A stretch of DNA of 64,000 nucleotides from Zygnema circumcarinatum SAG 698-1b (lineage: Eukaryota; Plantae; Zygnematophyceae). Of this stretch, positions 23,646 to 36,700 are shown in pieces (the stretch's first letter is position 1; each line of letters starts with the position of its first letter). The notes below the pieces were generated by a model, which was not told the origin of the DNA, made no database searches, and saw only the letters and a list, made by a program, of their open reading frames with translations. The stretch is taken from NCBI GenBank assembly GCA_037447605.1, contig CM074812.1:1798001-1862000 (forward strand). Direction: 5' to 3'. A program made the position numbers and the translations under genes.

Positions 23646-26600
23646 AGCGAGAGAGAGAGAAAGAGAGGAGCAAAAACGATGGACGCAAGGTGAGAGAGTA
23701 GACCTTTTTCCCGTGTGGGATCTGCAAAGCAAGGAGCTCTCCCGAAGCTTCTTCGCTTCCTTGGGTCTGCCTGAGAGCCGCCGCCCAGTTCCACAGCAGC
23801 ACTCGCCGGTCGTTCCCTCCCGACACTATGAAGGACGAGTCGCCTGCAAACCGCGCATACACTCTGCCTCCATAGCCACCCTCTCACCACGTCATGCGTT
23901 AATCTTGAGAGCATCACTCTAAAGCTCTCAACCAGACCACCTGATAATAACGATGGCAAACAAAGGCTCACAAGTCTTGCTGGGACACCCTACGAATTGC
24001 ATGACTCTTCCTTCCTTTCATCACCCAGTTTGAACACAAACGAGCAGAAATCATTAAGCAAATTCCAACCATTTTCCCTCCCTCTCCCCAGCCCAGCTAA
24101 AGACGAGCCCTTCTTCGTGAGTAACAGCGAATGAATTTCAGAAATGAAGGGCAGCTTACACGTGGGAAGCAGTCGAAGAGTGGCCGCCCAGGGAGGCATC
24201 CAAGAGCACTCGCCCTCTCCTCGGTGGGGGAGTGGAGGGACTCCTTCTCTGCCCTCTCTGCTCTCTCTCTGTTATTTCCGTTTCACATAACGCAACTGCG
24301 CCATCTCCTCTTGCAGCAGCGAGAAGAAACCCCCCCTCTCCATGCAGTTCCGAGGGAACGAGAGAGAGAGCATGCACAAAGGGAGGGTTGCAGAGGCCCT
24401 GCGAACTCTCCTCTTGACCGGACCCCTCTTCTGCTGCAAAGAGGCCGAGATTGGGTCACCTCTAATTCCATATAGAAATTCTGCAGTCGCATAAGCTAAC
24501 TCCATCTCGTGGGAAAGAATGAGAAGGAAGAAGAGGAGTCATCTACTTACAAAAGTTCCATTTAGCTCGCTGCTTTCCGCTTGAAAAGTCCCACTTTATG
24601 ATCTGACAGTCGAGACCACCTGTGAGAACTGCAAGCCATGCAGCACAGCTGGTAAGGTAACTTTGCTTCTATGATTCCCCTCTCTACGTGATATTTCAAA
24701 AGAATTGCCGTTAGCATTCTGGCAAAATCAGAGAGGACCTTGAAGGGAGCAGGAAAACTTGAATGCCAATGAATTTCTGTAGAGGTAGCACTGCAGTGAA
24801 AAGGGAAGCAGTTTCTGCTACGAGAAGAGAGAGCAGCTTACTTTCCCACGGTCGTCGGGGATGAAACAGTGCACTGCTGCAGACCTGTCAGTCATTTTCA
24901 CAGTTCCGGAGTTCAGTTATTCATGCTACAAAGAGGAAAGGCATAAGCAAACAAGCAGGTTCTGCATTTGTTGCTAAGATGCAGCAACAACAGCTATACT
25001 CTCTAGTTATGTTTCACGATAGCAAGCAAACGAACCCGCCAACGACCACAGGATATTGCATGCAAAGCGGCGTATGCACAAGACATTTGGAACGAGTGGT
25101 TTCTCCATCTCCTACATTGACATGGCCACCTCGCAAAGTCTTGTGAACAGTATTCCGACAAAGATCAATAACCTGCAAAGAAGGCAGCTCCAATCCCATC
25201 CCAACTTAGACTGAGTCGGCCAAAAGTGGATCTCTACAAAGACCTTTTGGCCAACATAACTTGCACATTTCCTCTACAGACTTTGAATTTGATGAATAGC
25301 ATTATGCAAGCAACCCACTTTCACTTGGCCGCTGTCGTCTGCCGCTGCCAAGAAGGAACCCTTTTTATTCACCGTCAGCTGTTCCCACCTCTCAAATTTA
25401 AGCCAAAGTCAGTGCAAGGTAATGGATTATATGGACCCCCTAGTCCAAGTCTATGATTTGTTTCAGATCAACCACGGAGGTGAAGTCCAATAGAAATAGT
25501 GTTGAGACACGACAACGATTTATCCAATCCAGCATGATGTGGGCCACAATAAGCATGTTTCATATTTCTTGCACTGATTCTTGCAAGTTTAGATGTCATA
25601 TGGCTGGCTAACCCAATTGATCTCGTCGGTGTTAAAGTTGTATCGTTGCAAAGGTTCAGCTGCATCTCCCTGCAATTTAGCGCGCACGAACTATATCAGC
25701 TTGTAAAATTTCTATGGAGAAAACTCACAATAAACAAGCTATAAAGTGCCATGCGCATCAGTGCAACCTCCGCAGTTCATGCATTTGTTGTTATTGTTAT
25801 TGTTATTCAGAACCTCCGGACAGTTGTCCACGCTCTAAAATCAACTCATGAATTTTCTTGCTTCATGCTGCGTTTGTAAAAAGTCTGAAGCCTACTGCTC
25901 TTCTCTACGATAACACAAGACGAGCCTATTTGGGGTTTTTTGGTTCTAATTGCAAATGGAACTAACCTGTCGAAGGTCAAACATGAGCACGGTGGATCCT
26001 GACGAAGTAAATAGAATGTGCTCCCTTCCTGAAGGCAACGTATTCCAGGCACATACATCGAAATGAGAACTTATCCCTCGAACACAACTGTAATAGGACT
26101 TAGGCTGAGTGAGCGGCATGCTCCGCGCTAACAAGTCCCGGTACAATTCCAGAATGCTGGCACTTCGCTAAGGACTTTGTATGATTCTGCTGCGATAGCC
26201 TCAATATGATCCACCAACGTAGTTTTCGATGTTTGTCGAGATGAAGGTTCATGACTTCCAGCATAGAATTGAACACTACATTCAAGACATCCTGACGCAT
26301 TGACTGATGAAAAGGACAACTAATCAAGGCAGTAGAAATTGCTTCAATTACCCCAAAGGAGCTGAAAACCTTCGCTTTGAGTTACGAAATTAAATAAATT
26401 AAAGTTGAGCTAAGTGAAAGTTTTGATTCGATACCTTAGCAAAAAAAAGTGCTTTTGGTTTAAAGAACACTATACCTGCTGCTGGACTGAAAGAAAGTGC
26501 TGTGGCCGCCTCTTCGCCGAAATGATGCAACACTCGCATCGCTTCTTTGGTCCGCAAATCAAAGAGGCCGACCCTGCCATCCTGCCAAGTTAAGAAGCTC

Positions 26601-26945
26601 TGACCGTCAGCGTTCTGTGCATTCATGGCCTGAAGATTAACATAAAAAACATCGTTCAGAAGCCCGTGCGCTGCCTCCATTTAGTCAGTTGTAACTCTAA
26701 AGCAGTAAAATCTATAATTTCGAATATAATTCTGAAATTCCTTCCCTGAATGCAGGCAACATGCAAGGATGCATGTTGGATCAGTTGAATGTGCAATGTC
26801 TTCGAGTCTGATAAGTTGAAAATGCGGCATGCAGGGCGCGCACCTCCCCAGCAGTAGCGGCGAGGGAGCCCCCCTGGGGCTGCAGCTGGCAGCAGAGCAC
26901 CGCCGCGTCGTGCCCCCGCAGCCGCCGCACTCGCCGGGCCGCCAT
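23424..26945 (-). CDS. WDR53: WD40-repeat protein, WDR53-like, ~11 exons
   Basis: MAARRVRRLRGHDAAVLCC, DGRVGLFDLR, FLAAADDSGQVKVIDL, KTLRGGHVNVCSSALFHPRRPWEILTGGLDCQIIKWDF, CNPPFVHAL, IVSGGNDRRVLLWNW, VNWL...VADTSSSVSVYSVL*. Confidence 0.85.
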
Positions 26946-27002
26946 GGCTGCCTGCCTCTCTCACTGCTCCCCTCCGCCCTTCCCTGCCTCCCTCCTTGCA
27001 GC

Positions 27003-27110
27003 AATATCGTATCGTATTGAAACTTATTCAGTACAATACCGATATTTCATAATTCAGTTTTATCTAGATATGCGATGATATCTCATTCGATATATTCGGA
27101 TACGAGTCGG
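27003..27110. promoter_or_regulatory. TATCG/CGATA-rich island in the ~350-bp WDR53-CRN bidirectional promoter
   Basis: AT- and CpG-rich patch (ATATCGTATCGTA, CGATA, TTCGATATATTCGGATACGA) between divergent ATGs at 26945 and 27292. Confidence 0.55.
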
Positions 27111-27291
27111 TGGTCTCGGGGCAAAAAAGGCGGGGCCTAAAGCCCCTACAAAATTAGGGCTGCTGTGCTGCCGAGGGAGGGAGGGAGAGAGGGAGGGAAG
27201 GAGGGAGAGAGGGAGGGAAGGAGGGAGAGAGGAGGGAGGGAGGGAGGAAGAAAGAAGGGGGGTGGGGAGGGAGGGGCGGCACTCTGCAGCC

Positions 27292-30200
27292 ATGGCTCTC
27301 AAAGAGGCGGATGCCAAGCTCGGGTTCATGACAAAGAGGGAGGCAGAGGTGAAGCTGCCGCGGCCCACGAGAGTGAAGAACAAGACCCCTGCTCCAATTC
27401 AAATCACAGCGGAGCAGATTCTAAGAGAGGCGAGAGAGAGGCAGGAAGCAGAGCCCGCACCGCCCAAGCAGAAGATCACCGATGAGGAGGAGCTCGCTGA
27501 GTATCGGCTGCGGCGGAGGAAGGAGTTCGAGGACCTCATTCGCCGAGTTCGCTGGAACGTTGGGGTCTGGGTGAAGTACGCCAAGTGGGAGGAGAGTCAG
27601 AGAGACTTTCCACGCGCTCGGTCGGTCTGGGAAAGAGCGTTGGAGGTCGATTACAGGTAGGCGGCCCTGTGAACCTGTTGCTGCTGGAGCTGCCAGCTGT
27701 GTGCAGGAGCATAATTCATAAGCTGTTTGACTTTTCCTCATTCTAGTTCGCTGTCACTGCGTATTATGATGTGCATACAGCCCTCTGCGTCATCAGTTTT
27801 TCTTGTCCTTTCGGCACCTGATTCAAATGAATATGTTCCTCCAGTTTGCACGTCAAGAAGCAACTGCTGGATTGAAGCTCTCGCATGCACCATTTGATCG
27901 CATGGGCTTACCTTGTTTTCAAACGAGAGGGTTTATGATAGAGGCATCGGACAGTTCACGCGAATAACTTTTAAGTGCTCAGTTGGTGAGTTACCTTGAA
28001 AGTAACGCACTATTTAGCAAACGTTCTTCGTATTCCAAATGAGTACACGTGTTCCTTCAGCTGACCACTTTATTCGTGTGGAATTTTGATGATCTTCAAG
28101 CTTGCCTTGTTCAGAAACACTACACTATGGCTAAAATATGCGGAAATGGAAATGACGCATCGGTTTGTGAACCATGCTCGCAATGTATGGGATCGTGCTG
28201 TTTCCCTTCTTCCCCGCATCGATCAACTGTGGTACAAATACATTCACATGGAGGAGATGTTGGGAAACATAGGTGGGGCACGCCAGGTCTTTGAGCGCTG
28301 GATGCAATGGGAACCGGACCATCACGGATGGGCTGCATTTGTCAAATTTGAGCTCCGATACGCAGAAGTGGATCGAGCAAGGAAGATATTTGAACGCTAT
28401 GTAGAATGCATGCCAACGGTGAAGGCCTGGATTCGCTACGCTAAATTTGAGGTTAAGCAAGGGGAGGTAGAGAGGGGTAGAAGGTGTTATGAGAGAGCAG
28501 TAGAGCAGCTAGGAGAGGATGGGCAGACAGAGGAGCTCTTTGTGGCTTTTGCGGATTTTGAGGAGCGATCTAAGGAGCTGGAGAGGGCACGCGCAATCTA
28601 TAAATATGCTCTTGATCATATACCCAAGGGCCAAGCTGAGGACCTGTATAGAAAATTTGTGACATTTGAGAAGCAGTATGGAGATAGGGATGGCATTGAG
28701 GATGTCATTGTAGGAAAGAGGCGATTTCAATATGAAGATGAGGTAAAGAAATCTCCTCTGAATTATGATGCATGGTTTGATTACCTTAGGTTGGAAGAAA
28801 GTGTGGGAGACAAAGCAAAGGTGCGAGAAGTTTATGAACGGGCAATCGCAAATATTCCACCGGCTGAGGAGAAGCGGTTTTGGCAACGTTACATTTATCT
28901 TTGGTAATTTTCACAAACCTTTTTCAAATTCATGGGTCAATGCATTGCAATACTTCTTGCGTAACAGAGTACGCAGGTTTCGTCTAATTGTCCAAATAGG
29001 TTTCTGGTGTGCCTTTAAGGCCCTTTGACGAAACACTGGGTTATGGTCATGGCACATGGCAACATTGGGGTTTGGAAATTGCACAACTGATTAGAGGAAC
29101 TTAAGCAGGGGCTTTTGTAACCTTAAAGGATAGAATTGGTCTGGGAGAGGCTAGCAGACCACCATAGGAGAGGCCAAATTCAAGAAAAGCCATCTTGTTT
29201 TTGTCGAACTATTGCTAAGACTAAAAATCTGAGGAAGAATCTTCGGACCATTATGTACTGCTGCATATATATATGTTGGAGAATTTCTTGTTCACTGGCT
29301 TGACTCACAGTAACAACTAGCATCTCCCTCACCTGTCAGCTTCTGCCAATAAAATCGAGCCTCGTTTTCCCTAGGTGTCCAATTTCTGAACCCATCCTCA
29401 GCTATCTGAATGACATCTTGATGATTTAGCCGGAAGGTAATCTTGCGTGACTCACGCCATCATGGAGTGTTTCTTGAGAGTGTGGAGGCACAAACACTTT
29501 TGTGATAGCATGTGAAATGTTCGCCAGAACGCGATGATGCTTTTATGGCGACAGAAAATACAACAAACATACTTCTTTTGCCTGCGATTAGCGGCTTCCC
29601 CATCTCAATCGCAGTGAGATTGGGGCAGGGGGGGTGGGACGGACAGTAACGTTCAGAGTTTCCTCTGCAGCTCAGTGTTGTTTGTGCGGTCCGAGGTGGC
29701 CCCTTAAGATGAACTAATTTAACTTAACTAACTTAATTTGACTACTTACTAACTAACTAATAACTAACAAAACTAATAACTCATAACTAAATAACTAATT
29801 AACTTTTCGTCTTAACTTAAGATGAACTTTGACTATCTATCTCTCTGTGGCTATCTGGGTTTAGGGTCGGCCTTGTATTTAAACATCCTGTGGTGGTGGT
29901 CACTTGGGCAGGATCAATTATGCTCTCTACGAGGAGCTGGAAGCGGAGGATGCAGAGAGAACTCGCGAGGTATACAGGTGAGTGTATTGGGCGATGGTAA
30001 AGTGAATACAGAAAAGCACTTCAAATCAAAGTCATTTCACAACAACGACTGTCGTTGCAGCAGGGACGTTTTCCCCAAAATCCTCAAGAACATCTGCCTC
30101 ATCGCAATCCTGGAGTCTTCATTTTTCCTGTGCAGGGAGTGCCTCAAGTTGATACCCCACAAGAAGTTTTCTTTCGCAAAGATCTGGGTCATGGCTGCAC

Positions 30201-32549
30201 AGTTTGAAGTACGACAAAAAAATCTTCAAGCTGCGCGGAAGATTCTTGGATCCGCCATTGGAATGGCTCCCAAAGATAAGGTGTGAAAGGATGGCTGAAG
30301 ATTAGTTGAGTTGAACACTACAGGTTACTTTTTGTCTTCAGAGCTTCCAAAGATATAGTCAAACTCTTTGAGTTTGCAATCTATGCAAGAGAAGTGGTCG
30401 TCGACCTATGCAGGCTATGCACTAGTATTGACTAGTGTTGAATGTGTATTGCAGTTCTTGAATAAAGTTGGTGACTTTTATCGGCGCAGATCTTCAAGAC
30501 GTACATCGAGATGGAAATGCAGCTTGGCAACATCGAAAGGTGCCGCACTCTCTATGAAAAGTATTTGGAGTGGGCTCCGGCCAATTGCTACGCTTGGAGT
30601 AAGTTTGCAGAGCTCGAACGCAATCTCAACGAAACTGAGCGAGCTCGAGCCATCTTTGAGCTCGCCATCGCTCAGCCACTTCTCGACATGCCCGAGCTTC
30701 TTTGGAAGGTGAGTTTCGCACCTTGTAACTTCGGGATCGAGAGACAGAGAGAGACAGAGAGAGACAGAGAGAGACAGAGAGACAAGGAAAGAGAGAGAAA
30801 GGACAGAGCGAGAGTGAGAGTGAGAGTGAGAGAGGGAGAGGGAAAGCGCGGAAGGAAGAGAGAGAGGGAGAGAGAGAGAGTGAGAGAGAGTGTGTGATGA
30901 TGGGAAAGAGAGAGAGAGAGGGAGACAGTGAGAGAGAGAGGAAGAGAGAACGAGAGAGAAGGGAGAAGAGAGGGAGATAGAGAGAGGGATACCTATGACG
31001 TAGCTCGCTTTTGGTCTGGCCACCAATACTGTTCTGTGGGCTAACTGGGAAACACTAGTAAGTGGCGCTAACTCGAATATGCAGTAAAGGAGATCAAGAA
31101 GTAGGAGAAAGGGGATTCATAATTCTTTGCAGCATAATGGGCGCTAATGGCTTTCCTGTGTTCGTTTTGTGGCTGTACTTTGCCACTTACCTTAGCTCCT
31201 TCTCTCAGAGTTCAATGTCACGTGTTCAGCTCTATAGCTAATACTCCTTTTGAAACTAGTTCGTTTTATGCTGTCTAAGTTCAAAGGGTCGTCGACTGTT
31301 CTGCCAGCTTACCAACCCTTGGTGGTTTCCCCTCTCCCACACAAGATTATACACTCTTAAAGCTCGTCTCTCCTGCCGGCTTAGGGCAGCATCGGCGTCT
31401 GAACCTTTCAAATGCTTCACATGCTATTTTGTAGGCGTACATTGACTTTGAGATCGCGGAAGGAGAACACGAACGCACTCGGCAGCTGTATGAGCGACTT
31501 CTTGACCGGACGAAGCATGTGAAGGTTTGGATCAGCTATGCGCAGTTTGAAGCATCTGCAGCGTTGGAAGAGGAGATGCGAGCGGATGCTGAAGGCAGAG
31601 AGGCAGATCAATATGCTTTAGTGGAAGAGGCTCAGGACAGGGCTGCCAGGGCCCGAGGTCAGTTTTTGCTGCCTCTGCATATACTATGTTTTCTGTCTTC
31701 ACAACTGTAACTTGGTTTGATTTCACTATAGCCCACTTATCACCTTTTGCTTTCAATCTTCTTGTGTGCTTTGAGAACTGACTGTTGCTGCTTACTCTTG
31801 CCTCTCTGCTGCAGGGGTGTACCAACGGGCATTCGACTCTCTGCGGGCGAATTCGCCAGAGGCGAAGGAGGAGCGGGTGATGCTGCTTGAAGCATGGCGG
31901 GAGATGGAGGCGGCGGCGAAGCAGGCAGGGGATGTGGCGGCGGTGGAACGGAAGATGCCGAAACGAGTGAAGAGAAAGCGTCCCATTACAGCGGACGACG
32001 GCACGCCTGCAGGGTAAGGGGAAGAAGGGCTATTGAGTTGGGTTTTTGGGGTTTTAGAGGGGCGGGTAAGGGGAAGGGCTACTGAGTTGGGTTCGTGGGG
32101 TTTTAGAGGGGGGGTAAGGGGAAGGGCTATTGAGTTGGGTTCTTGGGGTTTTAGATGGGGGGGTAAGGGGAATGGCTATTGAGTTGGGTTCTTGGGGTTT
32201 TAGAGGGGCGGGTGCCTGCGGCCGATGGGTTGTTGATGATGGGCGAGAAGAAAGGTGTTTGCTAGGTTGAACTGAGTGCGCTGGTGGCTGTTACTGACAG
32301 GAGTCCAAATGAAAGAGACAGACATGAAATGTGGGTTTGCAGGAGAGGCCGCAAAGGGCGACCTTTGGAAGAGAGTGCCTCAGATCTCTCGGCTGACAGC
32401 TGCATTCGCATCTTATGTGCAGGTTTGAGGAGTACTACGACTACATCTTCCCAGACGAGTCCGGCATGGCGCCTAACCTGAAAATATTGGAAGCTGCGTA
32501 CCGATGGAAACGGCAAAAACAAGTGCAGGGCGATGACGAGGAAGATTAG
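27292..32549 (+). CDS. CRNKL1: Crooked-neck/CLF1/SYF3 HAT-repeat pre-mRNA splicing factor, 8 exons
   Basis: [36 protein letters not shown], multiple HAT repeats ([19 protein letters not shown]), and C-terminal [11 protein letters not shown]...[12 protein letters not shown]. Confidence 0.97.
29703..29828. repeat. ~100-bp (TAAC)-rich insertion flanked by a 13-bp direct repeat, in the 1-kb CRN intron
   Basis: CTTAAGATGAACT at 29703-29715 and 29816-29828, with CTAAC/CTAAT/TTAAC repeats between them. Confidence 0.8.
32012..32212 (+). repeat. ~49-bp tandem repeat (4 copies), each copy starting with the 5' splice site GG|GTAAG
   Basis: GGGTAAGGGGAA.GGCTATTGAGTTGGGTTCTTGGGGTTTTAGAGGGG units, with GT at 32014, 32066, 32114 and 32163. 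Confidence 0.85.
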
Positions 32550-33716
32550 GAGACCTCTGCTTAGGGCGACAACTTCAGTTTTGCGTGATGGTAGCGTTGA
32601 AGCTGTTGTGGGCTGTTGGAAGCACCTCGGCCATAATTTTGTACAGATACAAGGCAATAGTTGGAATAATAAGTCCTTTCCCCGAGTATGCAATGGGTAG
32701 CGTGACATGGGAGTGGACGAGCGGACAGGTTTACGCACATTTTCCATGTGGCATGCGCATACTTTAACCAGCAATTCCAGAGACCGAAGTGAAGTGCAAG
32801 ACCGTTCTGATAGCAAAGAATGGGGCCATCCACTTTCATTCGACTGCATGTTCAAGCAGTTCATCGGAGTCTTCTCACAAAATCCCGAGGATAAGTTACA
32901 GCGCACTTTAGCCGCTGCGGCTGTGGGGAGTTGCGTTGCCGCTCGCATGGCGGAGGTATCTGAACAGACGGCTTTGCCTTCCATGACACTTATCTTAGTG
33001 GATGGACGCCTTTGTCCTCTCCATGCAGACTAAAAAAATAAGATGTACTTGCATGCGAATGATCAATGAGTGAATGCCTTCCAATGAAAAAAGAAAAATT
33101 GCCACGTTCATTTCACAGCGGCTGAGAGGTCTGACAGGATATGTTTTTCATCAGCTGCCTCCACTACATTGAGCAGGACTTTAGTCCTCAATCCGACCCT
33201 CCGCAAATTAGCGAGGTTGCAGATGCATCCGCACGGGACATGGCGTCACTGTCACTATCTGCCAAAGGCCGCTGAAGCCCAAGGGGGCGCTGCTGCCCTC
33301 GCAACACTAGCGACCCTTTGGACACCTCTGACCTCTGACCTCTGTCCCCTCCCTACCGGACAGGACCGGACAAAAAGGAAAGGAACCTACACTCGGACAG
33401 TCTTTGACACCAACGACTGTCGAAAGATTACTCATCTCCCGCAGGGACCACACCTGAGGACCATTTTTTCAGGTCAATTTTGCATCGTAAGGGAAGCTGC
33501 CTTCTCGCCTCCCCTTTCAGTCGTGGCTACAGAAACAGTTTCCCATAGATGTTGCGACTCCACATATGACCAACCCAACCCCGAACAAGGCCTTCAAATC
33601 AGATCAATTTATGTAACATGGCTGCCTAGTTGCACAGACCCCTTTACGACCGGAAGTATTATTCATCGGAATGACAGAGCTTAACGCGGTGAATGTAGAA
33701 TACAGGCTACAGACGG

Positions 33717-36700
33717 CTAGTTCACAGAGGCTGCAAGTGCTGCAGGCGCCGTCTCCACAGTGAAGTAGTCCTGCAACGCCTTCATGTCCACCTCGCAGGA
33801 GATGAGCTCCGCCACGGCCTTCACCGTCGCCTGCGCCCCGCTCATGGTCGTGATGATGGGGATCTTCTTGCCCAGAGCCAAACGGCGCAGTGCTCGCCCA
33901 TCCTTCTGATCCAACGCATCTCCGGATGAAGTGATAATCATGAGCTGGATATCTCCGTTTGTCACGAGGTCACCTGCATCACATAGCATAACGCGGAGGC
34001 AAACCGGGATAAGTTTCTTTCTCCTCACACCTCATCCATGCAAATGGCACTGCGGAGCTGGGCACATGCATAAGGATACAAAGGACAGAAAAGAGACAAA
34101 TGGGAAGCATTCCAAGCACCTGCATGGGGCCGTCCTTCATGCAGCTTCAGCACACACTCCACCTCCACTCCTCCCTCCTTCAGCGCAGCTGCTGTTCCGC
34201 CCGTGGCATATAATTTGAAGCCCAACTTTTGGAACTCTGCAGCCACTGGGATGATACCCTGCTTGGTGCCCTCGTTCATGCTGAAGAACACCGCCCCTGA
34301 ACGCGGCAGCCTTTGGTTTGCTGCAATCTGCGCCTTTGCATAGGCCTTAGAGAATGTCTCGTCGATGCCCATCACCTGGAAATGCACCCCCCTCTAGCAC
34401 ATCTCAGAAACATGAAAGCCTCAAAAGCCACAATTTCAGAGTGGAAGCCTTCAAGCAGCTATAAACCCCAGAAAAAGGCTTGAATGAGTGTTTACTGGAG
34501 GGGTCCAGGGTACACGGAGGACAGCACTGAGGATGCAAAAACTAGGACAGGGTTTCTTGTAGGGTACGAAGTCAGCGTGTATGAGATTGTGAATGTGAGG
34601 TAAGGGTGAGTGAGATTGTGGAAGTTGACTTCTTTCAGTCCTCACCTCTCCAGTGGAACGCATCTCTGGGCCGAGCAGTACGTCTGCACCAGGAAACTTG
34701 TCGAAGGGTAGCACAGCCTCCTTCACTGCCACGTGTTTGGGAATGACCTCGTGCTCGAAGTTGATGTCCCGCAGCGTTTGCCCCGACATTACCAGGGAGG
34801 CATACTTCGCCAGTGGGTGACCAATGGCCTTCGCCACAAAGGGAACTGTTCGGGAAGCACGTGGGTTGGCTTCAATGATGTACACATCACCCGTCGGCAT
34901 CACCGCATATTGGCAGTTCATCAGACCGACCACTCCCAGCCTGCACGTTTAGCAGGGTCTCGACGTGAGAACAAGATATGCAAGCTGGAAATGCAGCAAA
35001 CCCGGAAAGGCAGGAGGTGGGGAGCAAAGCTTGCTTTGCAATGGAAAGTGGGTGCTCACTTTCTGGCCAGCTTGGTCGTCCAGTCCCTTATGGTGGCAAG
35101 GGCCTCTGGAGTGATGGTCTGCGTGGGAAGTGAGCATGCAGAGTCACCGGAATGCACACCCGCCTGCTCGATGTGTTCCATGATGCCGCCAATCACCACA
35201 TTGCCCTCAGCGTCTGCCAAACAGTCCACGTCGATCTCCGTTGCATTCTGCCACACCATCGCCAGTAATTGCTTATGTGAGACAAAACCCATGTACATAA
35301 GTGTTCCTCAAGTTCGAACACAGCGCAGAGTGCAGGTTTACATGGCTCTCCTTCGCCCTCAACAACCTCCCATCTCTTTTTTCATCTGTATTCTTCACTA
35401 GTGATGGCCCCCAACTCTTCAAAATGGCATGCATTGATTGATCCATACACCAATGGATGTCTATAAAGCATCATCCCAAGGGTGCACCACTCTCTGCACT
35501 GGCCTGTCTCTCCAGCATCCCCTACACATCTCCTCTGTTTACACATCTCCTCTGTTTCCAGAGCTCAGAAGGCACGCTCACCAGAAGGTACTTGTCCACC
35601 AGCACAGGACGCTCAGGGTCCACCTCCACAGCATTGACGAGATACTTCCGCAACTTCTCGCCATCGTATACAATTTCCATAGCCCGCCCTCCCAGCACAT
35701 ACGAGGGCCGGACCACCACCGGATACCCCACACGCTCTGCCACCGCCAAAGCGTCCCCTTCGCTCCGGGCAATACCCCCTACAGAAGCACAAGGCCGGGT
35801 GCTGGGTTCAGTCATCCTCCCTTGGGACTCAAAAATTTCCCTTTGGACGGAAATTGGGTTCATGGTTTGAGGTCGATGAGAGAGTGTGTTGGGTTGCTGG
35901 GCTTACCTGGTGGTTGGCTGATCCCCAACTCGTTCAGCATTGCCTCAAAGCGCTTTCTGTCTTCTGCAGCATCAATGGAGTCTGGGGATGTACCCCATAT
36001 CTTTACCAAGCCCTGTCCGCTAGCTGCTGGGATTTTGTTTTCTTCCAAGTATCGCTGTAGGGGGAGTGACAGCTTCAATGGGGTTTGCCCTCCAAACTGC
36101 AACAGTCAAAAGTCCCCAACGAAAAAGAACGATTAATATGGCGCCTGAAAACTCCCAGAGCCTAATAGACATGATTCTCTAGTTTCTCTAGACTCTCATG
36201 AGTTTCTTCTCATGATTCATCGCTAGACTCTCTTGCTCGTCACCTGCACGATGATGCCGTCAGGCCTTTCCAGATCGATCACATTGATGACATCCTCCAC
36301 AGTGAGTGGCTCGAAGTAGAGGCGGCTACTTGTGTCGTAGTCAGTGGACACTGTTTCAGGATTGCTGTTCATCATGATGGTCTCAAAGCCCGCATCCTGC
36401 ATAGTCCTCTCCCGAAGATGAACCGAATTAGTTCGAAGGGATGGAAGAAGGGGAGTACGTGCTTAGTCATGAGATTCTGCTGATGATAGCTTCAACTCGC
36501 CCTACATCCAACTTGTCTGCCTGTCTCAGCAAGACGTATGCAGACTGCGAAATTACATTGCACATTACTTGCAAGATTACCTTTCCGGCAACTTCGCAAC
36601 ATGCAAATTTCTCCATCTTTAACCTACCACCTTCGCACTTCCCCGAAGTAGAAAGGTAAACACCAATTTCCTCCTCTGACGAATAACAGAAGTGAAGTTT

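Noticed and set aside
32262-32984. 240-aa minus-strand ORF
   Set aside because: Antisense to the last CRN exon and 3' UTR, with no recognisable protein features.
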